A stretch of DNA of 64,000 nt from a bacterium (lineage in GTDB: Bacteria; RBG-13-61-14; DATKZS01), in the NCBI GenBank assembly GCA_963674965.2, contig CAXXFL010000004.1, forward strand, positions 288,001-352,000, read 5' to 3'. Positions 45,582-55,646 of this stretch are shown here, piece after piece. A model generated the notes under the pieces. That model was not told the origin of the DNA. It did not search any database and saw nothing but the letters and a program-made list of their open reading frames with translations. The translations under genes were made by a program, and so were the position numbers. Position 1 is the first letter of the stretch. Each line of letters opens with the position of its first letter.

Positions 45582-46460
45582 ATGGCGAAGAAACTATTAT
45601 GCGCGGCGGCGGCCTTCGTGGCCCTTGCCCTTTGTCTTCCGGCGGCGGCCGACAACTCGGGTCAGTTCACCGAGCTTGACGGGACGGTGACGGTCAAGCA
45701 GGCCGCCGGCACTCAGGCCAAGGCCAGCCTGGGCTTCGTGGTCAAGCAGGGAGACGTCATCAAAACCGAGGCCAACGCCAAGGCGACCATCCTCTTCCTT
45801 GACGGCAGCGTCATGCGCCTTGCTCCCTCGACGGAGATCAAGGTCGAGAAGCTGGCCCTGGACGAGGACAAGGGAGTGGTCGAGAGCGCCTACGACCTGG
45901 CCTACGGGACCATGATGGGCGTGATGGGGTCCCTTTTCGGTTCCCCCGAGTCCAGCTATGACGTCAACACGCCGACGGCGGTCTCGGGCGTTCGCGGCAG
46001 CATCCACGTGGTCAGCGTAACTCCCGACCCCAAGACGGGCAAGACCCGGACCACGGTGGTAGGACTCGAGGGCATAACCACCCTGAAGAGCAAAAGCGGC
46101 GGCGAGACCGAGGAACTGAAGCCGGGCGAGTACGGCGTGGTTGACGCCCGGGGCAAGATGAAGCTGATGGGCGAGATGAGCGAGCGAGACCTCGATAACC
46201 TTCTCAACCTTTTCACTTACTCGTCGCCGAGCATCAACGACCGGGCCATGGACCTTCGCAAACTGAGCACCAGGCAGGCGCCCAAGGAAGTGGGAACGGA
46301 GTTCGTGCCTCCCCAGATCGTGCTGGTCCCCGAGAACGTGATCCAGGACTATGAGGACCTTGCGGGCATGGCCGACAACCCGGCCGACCTTATCTTCATC
46401 GAGCCGCCGGGCGCGGCCACCACGGAGTTGAATATCATCATCGTGGTGCCCACGCCTTGA
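45582..46460 (+). CDS. Secreted FecR-domain protein
   Basis: Signal peptide; GDVIKTEANAKATILFLDGSVMRLAPST, VNTPTAVSGVRGS. Confidence 0.85.
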   Translation: MAKKLLCAAAAFVALALCLPAAADNSGQFTELDGTVTVKQAAGTQAKASLGFVVKQGDVIKTEANAKATILFLDGSVMRLAPSTEIKVEKLALDEDKGVVESAYDLAYGTMMGVMGSLFGSPESSYDVNTPTAVSGVRGSIHVVSVTPDPKTGKTRTTVVGLEGITTLKSKSGGETEELKPGEYGVVDARGKMKLMGEMSERDLDNLLNLFTYSSPSINDRAMDLRKLSTRQAPKEVGTEFVPPQIVLVPENVIQDYEDLAGMADNPADLIFIEPPGAATTELNIIIVVPTP

Positions 46461-46557
46461 TCCAGTCAGGGAGAGGTCCAAAGGGGCCTCTCCCGGTTTT
46501 CCCCGGCATGGAAACGAGCGCCTTGCAAGGCCTTGAAGCGCTAAGGAGTTCAAAGGA

Positions 46558-47829
46558 ATGAAAACGACGAGGTTCAGTTCCCTCGCGACGGTGGCATTGG
46601 TTTTACTGACTTCCCCGGCCGTCTGGACGTGCTGCCGGGGAGTGGAGGACGCCGATTCCCCGGCCACCGTGTCTCTAAAGATCAAGGGACCCGCCACAAG
46701 GGGTCCCCTTTCCGGTTACGACCCCGCGGCCCTAGATTCGTACCACCTAAAAATCGAGCTTACCAACCCCACCGAGCTTCATTACGTTTTCGACTATACC
46801 CTCGGCGAGGAGGTGAGCGTCGACGTACTGGTGGGAGACGGCAGGGTGATCGACGTGGAGATGTATTACGTTCCTTCCTTTCCTCCCCCGCTCCCCGAGT
46901 TTCCCGCCGACCACTACGTCACCGTGACGCCGGAGGGCGACAGGACCATCAGCCTCGGCCAGGACGAGGGAAGGGAAGTTGAAATTGAACTGGACTACGA
47001 CCCTCTCCAGATCGGGACCGTGGTGGGAGATACTCCCTTTTACCTCGACCTGGACGGGGAGGCACTCGAGCTGGGAGGCTATAGCGACTGCCCGAGCGGC
47101 ATATTCTGGCTGACCGTCAGCGACCAGACCTTCGGCGGCCTGACCTTCCCCGAGATACCGGTGGTCCTTTTCAGCGACACGGGCCCGCCGCGGCTTAGCC
47201 TTTCCCGTTTCCCCCTCGAAACCACCTACACCGTCGGCCTCCATCATGACGGCATGGGCGTTGACGACGTTTTCACCGTGTCCATAGGGAACTCGGCCGA
47301 TCCCGTCGCGTACGTTAACTCGCTCAGCTTCACCGGGTTCGAAAACGGCAGGATCAGGTTCTCGCCCGAGTGGTTCACGGACGAGGCTCCCAACTCCATG
47401 GCCTCGACCATTCCCTACGTGGAGGGCGGCATGGGCTTCTCCGGAGAAGTCCCGAACCTCGGGGAAGGAGAGGAAAACGAGTGCGAGATAATAAGCTTCG
47501 GGGGCTTTCAACCTCCGGTTTTCTCGCATGATATCGTCCCGATGTTCCAGGAGATCACCTTCGTGACGCCGGAGGCGGGGCAAAGATGCCTGCTTCACGT
47601 GACGGGCACGGATTGCGGCGGGGCCTTCGTGGAGGGCAAGATCGTGGTGACCAGCTCGGACGAGGGAGGGGGATCGCTATGCGGCAACGACGCGTGCGAC
47701 TTCACGACCGGCGATCCTCCCTATAACGAGAACAACTCCAACTGTCCAGCGGACTGTTTTTGCGGAGACGGCTTCTGCCATCCCCTGTCGGAAAGCTTCC
47801 AGTCGTGCGTCATTGATTGCGGCTATTAG
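46558..47829 (+). CDS. Putative acidic lipoprotein/exported protein with Cys-rich C-terminal CGDG.C..E....CP.DC motifs
   Basis: Hydrophobic N-terminus ending WTCC; C-terminal CGNDAC..NCPADCFCGDGFC..SCVIDC. Confidence 0.65.
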   Translation: MKTTRFSSLATVALVLLTSPAVWTCCRGVEDADSPATVSLKIKGPATRGPLSGYDPAALDSYHLKIELTNPTELHYVFDYTLGEEVSVDVLVGDGRVIDVEMYYVPSFPPPLPEFPADHYVTVTPEGDRTISLGQDEGREVEIELDYDPLQIGTVVGDTPFYLDLDGEALELGGYSDCPSGIFWLTVSDQTFGGLTFPEIPVVLFSDTGPPRLSLSRFPLETTYTVGLHHDGMGVDDVFTVSIGNSADPVAYVNSLSFTGFENGRIRFSPEWFTDEAPNSMASTIPYVEGGMGFSGEVPNLGEGEENECEIISFGGFQPPVFSHDIVPMFQEITFVTPEAGQRCLLHVTGTDCGGAFVEGKIVVTSSDEGGGSLCGNDACDFTTGDPPYNENNSNCPADCFCGDGFCHPLSESFQSCVIDCGY

Positions 47830-47850
47830 CGACTTGGCGATTCGATCTAC

Positions 47851-47878
47851 GAGGGCGCCCGTTTCAAGGCGCCCTTTT
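47851..47878. terminator. Hairpin between convergent genes
   Basis: agggcgcc-cgtttcaa-ggcgccct followed by ttt. Confidence 0.55.
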
Positions 47879-48899
47879 ATTTTGGCTCCTCGCCGACCTC
47901 CCTGTATCCCATCTCGCGGGCTATCTTCTCGTGCCTTTCGGCCCTGGTGACGAAACCGGTGGCTCGATATGCAACGGCCAGATAATGATGGGCCAGGGCG
48001 TTGTCGGGTTTTTTATCCAGCGCGGCCCTCAATACCTCGATGGCCTCTTGATACCTTGCGGTCAGGACGTAAAGGGTCCCCAGGTTGACCATGGTTTCGG
48101 CGTCCTCGGGGTCGGCCGTAAGTACTCTTTTATACTCATACTCGGCGTCCGCGTAGCGTCCATTCAAGGCGTAGATGTTGCCCAGGTTGGTATGGGCCTT
48201 CAGGTTGTCGGGGTTAAGAGCGGTTTCCATGAGGAAGGCCGCCTCGGCGTGGTCCCTCTTGCCGGCGGCGAGGAAGGCCACGCCCAGGTTGTGGTAAAGA
48301 CCCGGCAAGGTTGAGTCCAGCTGCGCGGTCTTTTGCAGCGTCGCGATGGCTTCTTGATATTCGCCTCTCGCGATCATGCTGGCGGCCAGGTTGTTATAAG
48401 ACACCGCGAAGTCGGGATCGCTTTTTATGGCGGCGTTAAACTCGGCCATGGCCGCGTCGTGATCTCCTTTCGACTGATATATCAGGCCGAGCTGGTTGTG
48501 GGCCGTGGGGTTGTCCGGCTCCATCTCGAGGGCCTTCATGAAGTCGGCCCTGGCGACGGACGCGTGGTCCCCTCCCCTGCCCTGCTCGCATATTCCCCTC
48601 GCGATCAGCGGCTCGGGCCTCTCGGGAAAACGCTCGGCGCAGGACTCGAACCATCGCGTGGACTGGGCGTAATCTCGGAGCTTGCAGTGGGCCATGCCCA
48701 GGCCGACGCAGGCCTTGACGTTGGACGGATCGCCCTCGAAAACGCTTTTGTAATGCTCGGCGGCCTCGGCGTAGTGGCCCAGTTCCATGAGCTTATGGCC
48801 GACAAGATCGGGCGAGGTCTCGTCTTGCCCTCCCGCCTTGAAGGTCAGGGCTAACAAGGCGAGAACAAAAACGAGCTTCTTTGCGATCGATTCATTCAT
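47877..48899 (-). CDS. Secreted TPR-repeat protein
   Basis: Signal peptide; repeated AHNQLG / YNNLA / YHNLG / AHTNLG TPR motifs. Confidence 0.88.
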   Translation of the reverse strand: MNESIAKKLVFVLALLALTFKAGGQDETSPDLVGHKLMELGHYAEAAEHYKSVFEGDPSNVKACVGLGMAHCKLRDYAQSTRWFESCAERFPERPEPLIARGICEQGRGGDHASVARADFMKALEMEPDNPTAHNQLGLIYQSKGDHDAAMAEFNAAIKSDPDFAVSYNNLAASMIARGEYQEAIATLQKTAQLDSTLPGLYHNLGVAFLAAGKRDHAEAAFLMETALNPDNLKAHTNLGNIYALNGRYADAEYEYKRVLTADPEDAETMVNLGTLYVLTARYQEAIEVLRAALDKKPDNALAHHYLAVAYRATGFVTRAERHEKIAREMGYREVGEEPK

Positions 48900-48923
48900 G
48901 ACGCCGGCCTATCTCTCCGATCT

Positions 48924-50393
48924 TTAACGCCTAACGCCAGACCCGTCCCTCAGTTTACGGTATACCTCGAGATATTCCTTGGCCGAGGCCGACCAGGAAT
49001 GGTCCTCATTCATGGCGTTGGCCATGATGGAACGCCACTGCTCCTTGTCCTTGTAAGCGCTCAAGGCGCCGGTCAGGCATTTCCAGAGGGCCTGGGGAGT
49101 GTATTCCTCGAACTTGAAACCGTTTCCCGAGAGGGTCTTGGCGTCCCAGTCCCGGATAGTATCGTCCAGCCCTCCCGTGGCCCGGACCACGGGCACGGTG
49201 CCGTATTTAAGGCTGATAAGCTGGTTGAGCCCGCAGGGCTCGTACTGGGAAGGCATGAGGAAAAGGTCGGCCCCCGCCTCGATCTTATGGGCCAGCTCGT
49301 CGTTATAAGCTATCTTGACTCCCATCTTTTCGGGGTTTTTTCTTCCCGCCTCGGAGAAAATATTTTCATAGGTTTTATCGCCCGTGCCTAAAAGGACGAA
49401 CTGGACGTCCATCTCGAGCAAGTCCTTTAATATGGACGTGACCAGGTCGAAACCCTTCTGATCGACCAGCCTCGAGATGCCCGCCACCAGGGGCACGTCG
49501 GGCTTTTGGGGCAGCCCGAACTCCTTTTGCAGGTCGGCCTTGCACCTGGCCTTGCCCGAGAGGTCGGCGGCCGAGAACTTGGCCGCTATTTTTTTATCGA
49601 CCTCGGGGCTCCAGATCGAGTAGTCGATGCCGTTGACTATGCCGAAAAGGGAGTCCGCCCGGTTTTGCAGGACCCCCTCCAGCCCGAAGCCGAACTTGGG
49701 ACCCCTGATCTCGGCCGCGTACTTCTTGCTCACCGTGGATATCCCGTCGGAAAAGACTATGGCGCCCTTTAGAAGGTTCATCTTGCCGAAGTACTCGAGG
49801 TAGTCCACCGTGAAGTAATCCCAGGGAAGTCCGATGAGCTTCATGTCCCATTTCCAGAAAATCCCCTGGTAGCCCAGGTTGTGGATGGTGGTAAGGGCCG
49901 GTACCCCCTTTAAACGCTCGTCGTCCTTGAAAAGGGTCCTCATATAGATGGGCACAAGGGCCGCCTGCCAGTCGTGGCAATGGATGACGTCGGGTTGCAG
50001 CCGGTCCATGATGAACTCGAGGGACGCCCGACAAAAGAAGGTGAACCTGGCGCAGTTGTCCGGATAGTCTCCCTCCCTCGAGGTGTAAAGGGCCTCGCGG
50101 TCGAAATACTCGTCGAGCTTGACCAGATACACGTCCACCAAGTCATCGAGCCTGGTCTTGAGGACCTCGCCTTTTTTATCGATCCAGTGATCTCCGTCAA
50201 GGACGGGAACGGTCACCTCGAATCCCGCGGGCTCGGGCGAGTATTTTTGCTCCAGGCCCCGGTAGCAGGGAAGCATGACCGACGTTTCGCATCCCATCTC
50301 GGCCAGGGCTGGAGGCAGCGCTCCCGTCACGTCGGCCAGGCCGCCGGTCTTGGCGTAGGGAACCATCTCAGGCGATACCATCACGATTTTCAT
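48924..50393 (-). CDS. glgA: Glycogen synthase
   Basis: KTGGLADV, HCHDWQ, HNLGYQG, SRLVDQKG, EPCGLNQ. Confidence 0.96.
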   Translation of the reverse strand: MKIVMVSPEMVPYAKTGGLADVTGALPPALAEMGCETSVMLPCYRGLEQKYSPEPAGFEVTVPVLDGDHWIDKKGEVLKTRLDDLVDVYLVKLDEYFDREALYTSREGDYPDNCARFTFFCRASLEFIMDRLQPDVIHCHDWQAALVPIYMRTLFKDDERLKGVPALTTIHNLGYQGIFWKWDMKLIGLPWDYFTVDYLEYFGKMNLLKGAIVFSDGISTVSKKYAAEIRGPKFGFGLEGVLQNRADSLFGIVNGIDYSIWSPEVDKKIAAKFSAADLSGKARCKADLQKEFGLPQKPDVPLVAGISRLVDQKGFDLVTSILKDLLEMDVQFVLLGTGDKTYENIFSEAGRKNPEKMGVKIAYNDELAHKIEAGADLFLMPSQYEPCGLNQLISLKYGTVPVVRATGGLDDTIRDWDAKTLSGNGFKFEEYTPQALWKCLTGALSAYKDKEQWRSIMANAMNEDHSWSASAKEYLEVYRKLRDGSGVRR

Positions 50394-50501
50394 TGCATCC
50401 TCCCATGGCCTTCAATTTCCTCGGCCGGCGATCGAGCCGGCCGCGAAAGGCCCCAAGTATATCTTCAGTTCCTACCAATATGTAACGGACCCCGGGCGAC
50501 G

Positions 50502-51884
50502 CTAGAGGGAAACAATTCCACCCCTGTCCATGTCCGGTCCCTTCGGGCCCCCGTCGTCCTCGGACCTGTGCCTGTCCACCGTCCGCTTGAGCAGCTCGAC
50601 GAAAAACCTGGGAGGGGCCGACTCGCGGTCCAGAGCGGCCAGCCCCGCGGCCGCCGCCACGCGCGCCTCCTCCTCGTCCCCGATCCTGAAAAGGACCACG
50701 GCGCAGTTGAACAGACGGCCGGCGTACAAGTCCCTGCCCCTTATATCCAGCAGGTCTTTGGCTTCCCGCTCGTAGATACTCATCTCTCTTTCGAGTCTTT
50801 GCGAGGCGGAAAGTTCAATGGGTGACGTCTGCATGTCCTCAATCTCCGCCATCACCCTGCCCTCAACCAGGGGCTCGATCATCCAGTCCTCGAAGAGCCG
50901 GTGAGACAAAAGCTCGGCGCTCCGGGCCGCCAGCCCCTTTTCCTTAGCTATTTCCTCGCGGTTTAAAAGGTCCCAGACAAGGTGAGGGCCCTCGGGCTCG
51001 TCGGCCACGCCGATGGCCCTTCTCGAGCTTAAGTATCCCTGCTCCTGGACCTTGCCCCTCAAGGTCCCCTCCTTCTCCGCCGCGGCGATAAGGCGCCGGG
51101 CAAAAGAGGCGTCCACCTTGACTATTACCGCGTGAGGGTTGCGCTTGGTGGACTCGAGCATCTTCTGGAACCTGGCGACGGACACCTGGTAAGAATCGAA
51201 CTTGAGCACGCCCTCCTCGTCGTTTATCAGCGCCACGGCCAAAGTGTTCTTGCCGAAAATGGTGCGGAAAAGATATATAAAGGTCGTGCCCTCCGGGTCG
51301 GGGGGCGACATGTAAGCCTCGTCCACGTACTCGTCGCGCTCGGCCATAATGAACTTCTCACCCGACTCGTCCTTGATCACCGCCCCCGCGCTCTTGGCCT
51401 TGTGCAGGGCCTTGGCCAACTCCTTGGCCTTCTCCCGGGAGGGCGCCGCGTCCTTAAGCGCGGCCAGGAGGTCGGGCCGCATCCAGTCGGTCAGGTGCTC
51501 GACGACGGCTTTTTGCGCGGGACCCGAGAAACTGAAGAACTCGGCGGGGTCGCAGGAGGACTCGCTCTCATCGCAAAGCAGCGACCAGGCCTCGAGCTTT
51601 TCCGCCAGGCCCTCCTCGACGGGCCTGCCCAGTTCCTTCATGGACCGGGAAAGGGATATCATGGCCAGAAGGCCGGCCTTGCCGCTCCCGTACAGCTTCT
51701 CTACCGCCTCGGCCACGCCCTCCTCGCCTAGAAACCCGCCCAGCTTCTCGGCCACCTTCACCTGCTCGTCTCCATGCAGCTTGGGAAAGCGCTTCCCTAT
51801 TTCCTCGAAGGTCTTCTCCCAGTCCATGAGCCCGGGATGGGCCGCCATGAAGAGGTCGTACCACTCCTTGTTGCTTATCGACAT
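50502..51884 (-). CDS. Hypothetical helical protein
   Basis: 460-aa ORF with host-like codon usage and a GGGAG SD; no recognised motif. Confidence 0.7.
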   Translation of the reverse strand: MSISNKEWYDLFMAAHPGLMDWEKTFEEIGKRFPKLHGDEQVKVAEKLGGFLGEEGVAEAVEKLYGSGKAGLLAMISLSRSMKELGRPVEEGLAEKLEAWSLLCDESESSCDPAEFFSFSGPAQKAVVEHLTDWMRPDLLAALKDAAPSREKAKELAKALHKAKSAGAVIKDESGEKFIMAERDEYVDEAYMSPPDPEGTTFIYLFRTIFGKNTLAVALINDEEGVLKFDSYQVSVARFQKMLESTKRNPHAVIVKVDASFARRLIAAAEKEGTLRGKVQEQGYLSSRRAIGVADEPEGPHLVWDLLNREEIAKEKGLAARSAELLSHRLFEDWMIEPLVEGRVMAEIEDMQTSPIELSASQRLEREMSIYEREAKDLLDIRGRDLYAGRLFNCAVVLFRIGDEEEARVAAAAGLAALDRESAPPRFFVELLKRTVDRHRSEDDGGPKGPDMDRGGIVSL

Positions 51885-51932
51885 TGTTACTCCCGTTATT
51901 TAATTTGTCCGCCGCCGCTGGAGCGGTGGGCC

Positions 51933-53069
51933 CTACTTTACAAAGGTCGCCTCGAAAACTCCCTCGGCCGTGAACTTCTCGTTGATGCCCTTGCCGGGCA
52001 TGACCAGATGATAATCGACCTCGGCGTTCTGGCGCGTGAAGACCGGGGCGCTTACGAACTTCTCGGCCACCGCCCGGATGAATCCGGGCAGGTTGTCCAT
52101 GGCGTCGATGGCCCCGATGTACTTGACTCCCCTAAGTTCCCCCGTAAGACGGCACTCGGGCTCGTCAATCTTGAAATTGAAAACGGTGGGGAACTGATAA
52201 CCCCTCCTCTCCTCCGCCTGGAAGCTGGAGGGCTCGTATTGCCATTTGTCCGTGGCGTACAATATCTCATCTCCCTTCATTACAAGTATCCAGGTGGACC
52301 TTTCGTAAGAGTGCTTTTCCGTCGCGATGTAATCGAGGAAATTGATCGAGTATTCGTCGCTGAAAGACCGAAGCGCGTAGAGCTTGCTTAGCTGCTCGGT
52401 GGGAAACACGCTTTGCGTGTTATGGTCCGAGTATCCCCACCCCTTGATCTTCCTCTCCTTCCCGCCGATGACCACGGTCCCCTCCACGTCGGCCCAGGGT
52501 ATCATCACGATAAGGTCGTACCAGGGGCCGTCGGGCGCGCCGTAATGCACCGGGCCCTCGCCGGGACGCCAGCCGGGAGTCCGGAGATTGAAATGAATGT
52601 CCCCCTTCATGGCCGGCCGGTCTTCGTCGGCCTCGAAATCGACGTGCACGTCAAACTCGGGATAATAGCCCTTCCAGTAATTGGGGCCCATCTTGAAATA
52701 AGGCGGGTCGTCCTGGTAGCTCATGGCCTCCGCCGGATAAAGGGACTGGTTATAGGAAAGGTTGCCGTCCGCGTCGGAAAAGGCGAAATACAGCCCCCTT
52801 TCCTCCTTGATGTAAAGCTTCCAGTAGGTGAACTGGATCATCATGCTCGACTTGTCATCCAGGTAGCACATGAAAGTGTAAGTCCAGGAGAAAAAACCGC
52901 CCGGGCTTTCCATGGGCTTCAACTCTTCCTTTGTCAGGCCCTTGTCGGCCCGGGTCGCGACCCCGCCCTTGAAATTGTATACGCCCTTGTCGGCTTTGTC
53001 GGCCCGAGCCACCCCGCAAACGAGAAGGTGCAAGGCCAAAAGGAAAAGGAACGCGCGTTTTCGTTTCAT
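51933..53069 (-). CDS. Secreted protein, possible Svf1/AttH-like (lipocalin-like beta-barrel) fold
   Basis: ATG 53069 with signal peptide MKRKRAF..VARA; SWTY..., IPWADVEGTV..GWGYSDH pattern. Confidence 0.6.
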   Translation of the reverse strand: MKRKRAFLFLLALHLLVCGVARADKADKGVYNFKGGVATRADKGLTKEELKPMESPGGFFSWTYTFMCYLDDKSSMMIQFTYWKLYIKEERGLYFAFSDADGNLSYNQSLYPAEAMSYQDDPPYFKMGPNYWKGYYPEFDVHVDFEADEDRPAMKGDIHFNLRTPGWRPGEGPVHYGAPDGPWYDLIVMIPWADVEGTVVIGGKERKIKGWGYSDHNTQSVFPTEQLSKLYALRSFSDEYSINFLDYIATEKHSYERSTWILVMKGDEILYATDKWQYEPSSFQAEERRGYQFPTVFNFKIDEPECRLTGELRGVKYIGAIDAMDNLPGFIRAVAEKFVSAPVFTRQNAEVDYHLVMPGKGINEKFTAEGVFEATFVK

Positions 53070-53209
53070 CCGGTAATCCCCCTTACAGCGGACGTGCCCT
53101 TGGACGGCGGATGGAACGCCCGCCGCGCCCTCGCGACCCAAGGAAATAGTATGATAACACAAATAGCGGCCCGCGCTAAAGGTTTTGCCGCGAGACTGGG
53201 AATCGCCCG

Positions 53210-54643
53210 TTAAAACTGGAAATAAATAAAAGGAGACGAGGCCGAGGAGAGAAGACTGAAAAGGGCCAGGGCCAGGGCCAGAATGGCCCCCTGCGCCGAG
53301 GGGGGAAGTCCCGTGAAGGCCGTCTTCATCTTTTCCTTCAACTCGGGGGAGGAAAAATGGAGGAAATAACCGAAGATCAGGACCGCCAGGACCTTGGCGC
53401 CCGGAGTTCCCACGCTGGTAAGAGGGCCGGTGGCCAGCTTCGAGACCATGACGGCGGCCTTTTCCATCGAGCCGCACCTGAACACAATCCATCCAATGCA
53501 GACGAGATGGAAAGTGACAAGGCGGGAGATAAAGATCGCGGCCTTACCCGCGTCATCTTTGTCTTGTCCCCTTTTCTCTTGCCAAAGGCGGGTAACGGCG
53601 AGAAGAACGCCGTGATAGGCGCCCCAGATGAGGAAGGTCCACGCGGCCCCGTGCCACAGGCCCCCAAGCGTCATGGTGACCATGAGGGCGAGCAGCATCC
53701 GGGCCCGTCCCTTTTTGTTTCCGCCCAGGCTGATATAGAGGTAATCACGAAGCCAAGTGGAAAGGCTGATATGCCATCTTCTCCAGAAGTCGCGGAGGTT
53801 GGCAGCCAGGTAGGGCCGGTTGAAGTTGACGGGTATATTAAGGCCCAAGATCCTGGCGCTTCCTATGGCAATGTCCGTGTAGCCGGAGAAGTCGCAGTAT
53901 ATCTGGAGGGCGTACCCGTACATGGCCAGCCAGGCCAGGGGCAGCCCGACCCTCGAGGGATCGGAGAAGGCCCGGTCAACATAAGCCTCGGCCAGAACGT
54001 CGGCGATGACTATCTTCTTGAACAGGCCGCAAAGGACCTGGAAAAGGCCGGACCCGATTTTTTCCCAGTCCCGGTCGGGCCCCCTTGCAAACTGGGGCAA
54101 GAGATTGTCCGACCTGACGATGGGCCCGGCCACGAGCTGCGGAAAAAAGGATATATACAGGGCGAAGTCCTTGAGAGAACGGGTGGCCGCCGTATGACCC
54201 CGGTAAACGTCGATAACGTAGGACAAACCCTGAAAAGTGTAAAAGGATATGCCCACGGGGAGAACGAACCGGACCGCCGGCTCCGTCCATGACGCGCCCA
54301 TCCAGGAAAGGGCCTCCGAGACCGACCCCGTGAAAAAACCGAAGTACTTGAAAACGGCCAGGGCCAAAAGCCCTCCCCCCGCGGCCAGGACCAGCCAGGC
54401 CTTGGCCACGCCCGGCTTGCCCCGCGACCGGCTCCTCTCGATCATCAGGCCCGAGACGAAATCGAGGAGAGTTACAGCCAAGATGAGAAGAAGATACGAG
54501 GCGTTCCATCTCGAGTAGAAAAAGTAGCTCGCGCCCAGCAGAAACCACGTTCTGAGGCCCCGTGCCTTCGACTCGGACAGCGCCCACCAGGCGATGAAAA
54601 CGGCGGCCAGGAAGAGCCCGTATTCTGTGGAATTGAAGGACAT
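53210..54643 (-). CDS. MBOAT family O-acyltransferase (AlgI/PatA/DltB-like)
   Basis: LPVGISFYTFQ, FFPQLVAGPI, DFSGYTDIA, FWRRWHISLSTWLRDYLYI, GLWHGA. Confidence 0.93.
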   Translation of the reverse strand: MSFNSTEYGLFLAAVFIAWWALSESKARGLRTWFLLGASYFFYSRWNASYLLLILAVTLLDFVSGLMIERSRSRGKPGVAKAWLVLAAGGGLLALAVFKYFGFFTGSVSEALSWMGASWTEPAVRFVLPVGISFYTFQGLSYVIDVYRGHTAATRSLKDFALYISFFPQLVAGPIVRSDNLLPQFARGPDRDWEKIGSGLFQVLCGLFKKIVIADVLAEAYVDRAFSDPSRVGLPLAWLAMYGYALQIYCDFSGYTDIAIGSARILGLNIPVNFNRPYLAANLRDFWRRWHISLSTWLRDYLYISLGGNKKGRARMLLALMVTMTLGGLWHGAAWTFLIWGAYHGVLLAVTRLWQEKRGQDKDDAGKAAIFISRLVTFHLVCIGWIVFRCGSMEKAAVMVSKLATGPLTSVGTPGAKVLAVLIFGYFLHFSSPELKEKMKTAFTGLPPSAQGAILALALALFSLLSSASSPFIYFQF

Positions 54644-54814
54644 GATTATTCGGAAAAGGCCCGGAATTGCGCGCCAGGCCAGCGAGGGAGATTATATTTC
54701 AAGAGCCCGCGCCTGGCAAGGACCATGGGGCGAGCCGTTGCGAACGATCTCGGGTTTTGCTAGGATTTTAATCCAGGAGACTATAGACCCCTCACCTGGT
54801 AAAAGGAGGCCGTC

Positions 54815-55408
54815 ATGAGTAAGGGATTAATTTTCTTGATAGTGGCGATAGCGTTGATTTTTCCCGCGGGCGCGGGGATATTTTCCTCACGGGCTTCGGC
54901 CGCGGGGGCGAATAAAAAAGAGCTTCGAGTCGTCGAAAAGGTGGACCTCGGGCGCTACCTTGGCGACTGGTTCACCATCGCCAGGATTCCCAATCCCTGG
55001 TCCGGCCGCTGCGCCGGCGGATACCCCCTTAACTACACCCTTAGCGAGGATGGCGATATCAACGTCCTGAACCGCTGTTACCTTAAGGACGGGAGCGTCT
55101 GGAACGTCAGGGGGCGGGCCTGGGTGACGGACACAAAAACCAACGCCAAACTGAAAGTCACCTTTTTTCCGCCTTTTTCCTGGAAGCTTTTCGCGGCCAA
55201 GTACTATATCATCGACCTGGGCGAAAACTACGAGTACGTGGTGGTGGGACATCCGAACCGCAAAGTCGCCTGGATCAACGCCAGAACCACCTCCCTTCCC
55301 GACGAGGTTATGAGGGGAATAATCGAGCGCCTCGAGGACCAGGGCTACGACTACGATAAATTCGAGAAAGTCGACTGGACCACCTACGAAGAAAAGGAGG
55401 GGAAATAA
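54815..55408 (+). CDS. Bacterial lipocalin (Blc-like)
   Basis: VDLGRYLGDWFTIAR, KLKVTFF, YYII..YEYVVVG..WINAR. Confidence 0.9.
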   Translation: MSKGLIFLIVAIALIFPAGAGIFSSRASAAGANKKELRVVEKVDLGRYLGDWFTIARIPNPWSGRCAGGYPLNYTLSEDGDINVLNRCYLKDGSVWNVRGRAWVTDTKTNAKLKVTFFPPFSWKLFAAKYYIIDLGENYEYVVVGHPNRKVAWINARTTSLPDEVMRGIIERLEDQGYDYDKFEKVDWTTYEEKEGK

Positions 55409-55646
55409 GAAAAACCATGGGGGCGGGCCCCGGCGAAAAAGCATATCCTGCTTGAGGTCCAATCCGTGATTCCAATTATATAAAGCCGGCTCCGGCCAGG
55501 CCTGACAAATTATCCTTTCTATAAAACGGAAGACTTGTAAGCTTTCGTTATACAAAGGAAAAATATTTCTCTTCCCCAGTGTAACAAAATCCTCGATCCA
55601 ACCACTAATCATTACGAAAAGTAAATATAATGCCGGAGAGTGAAAA

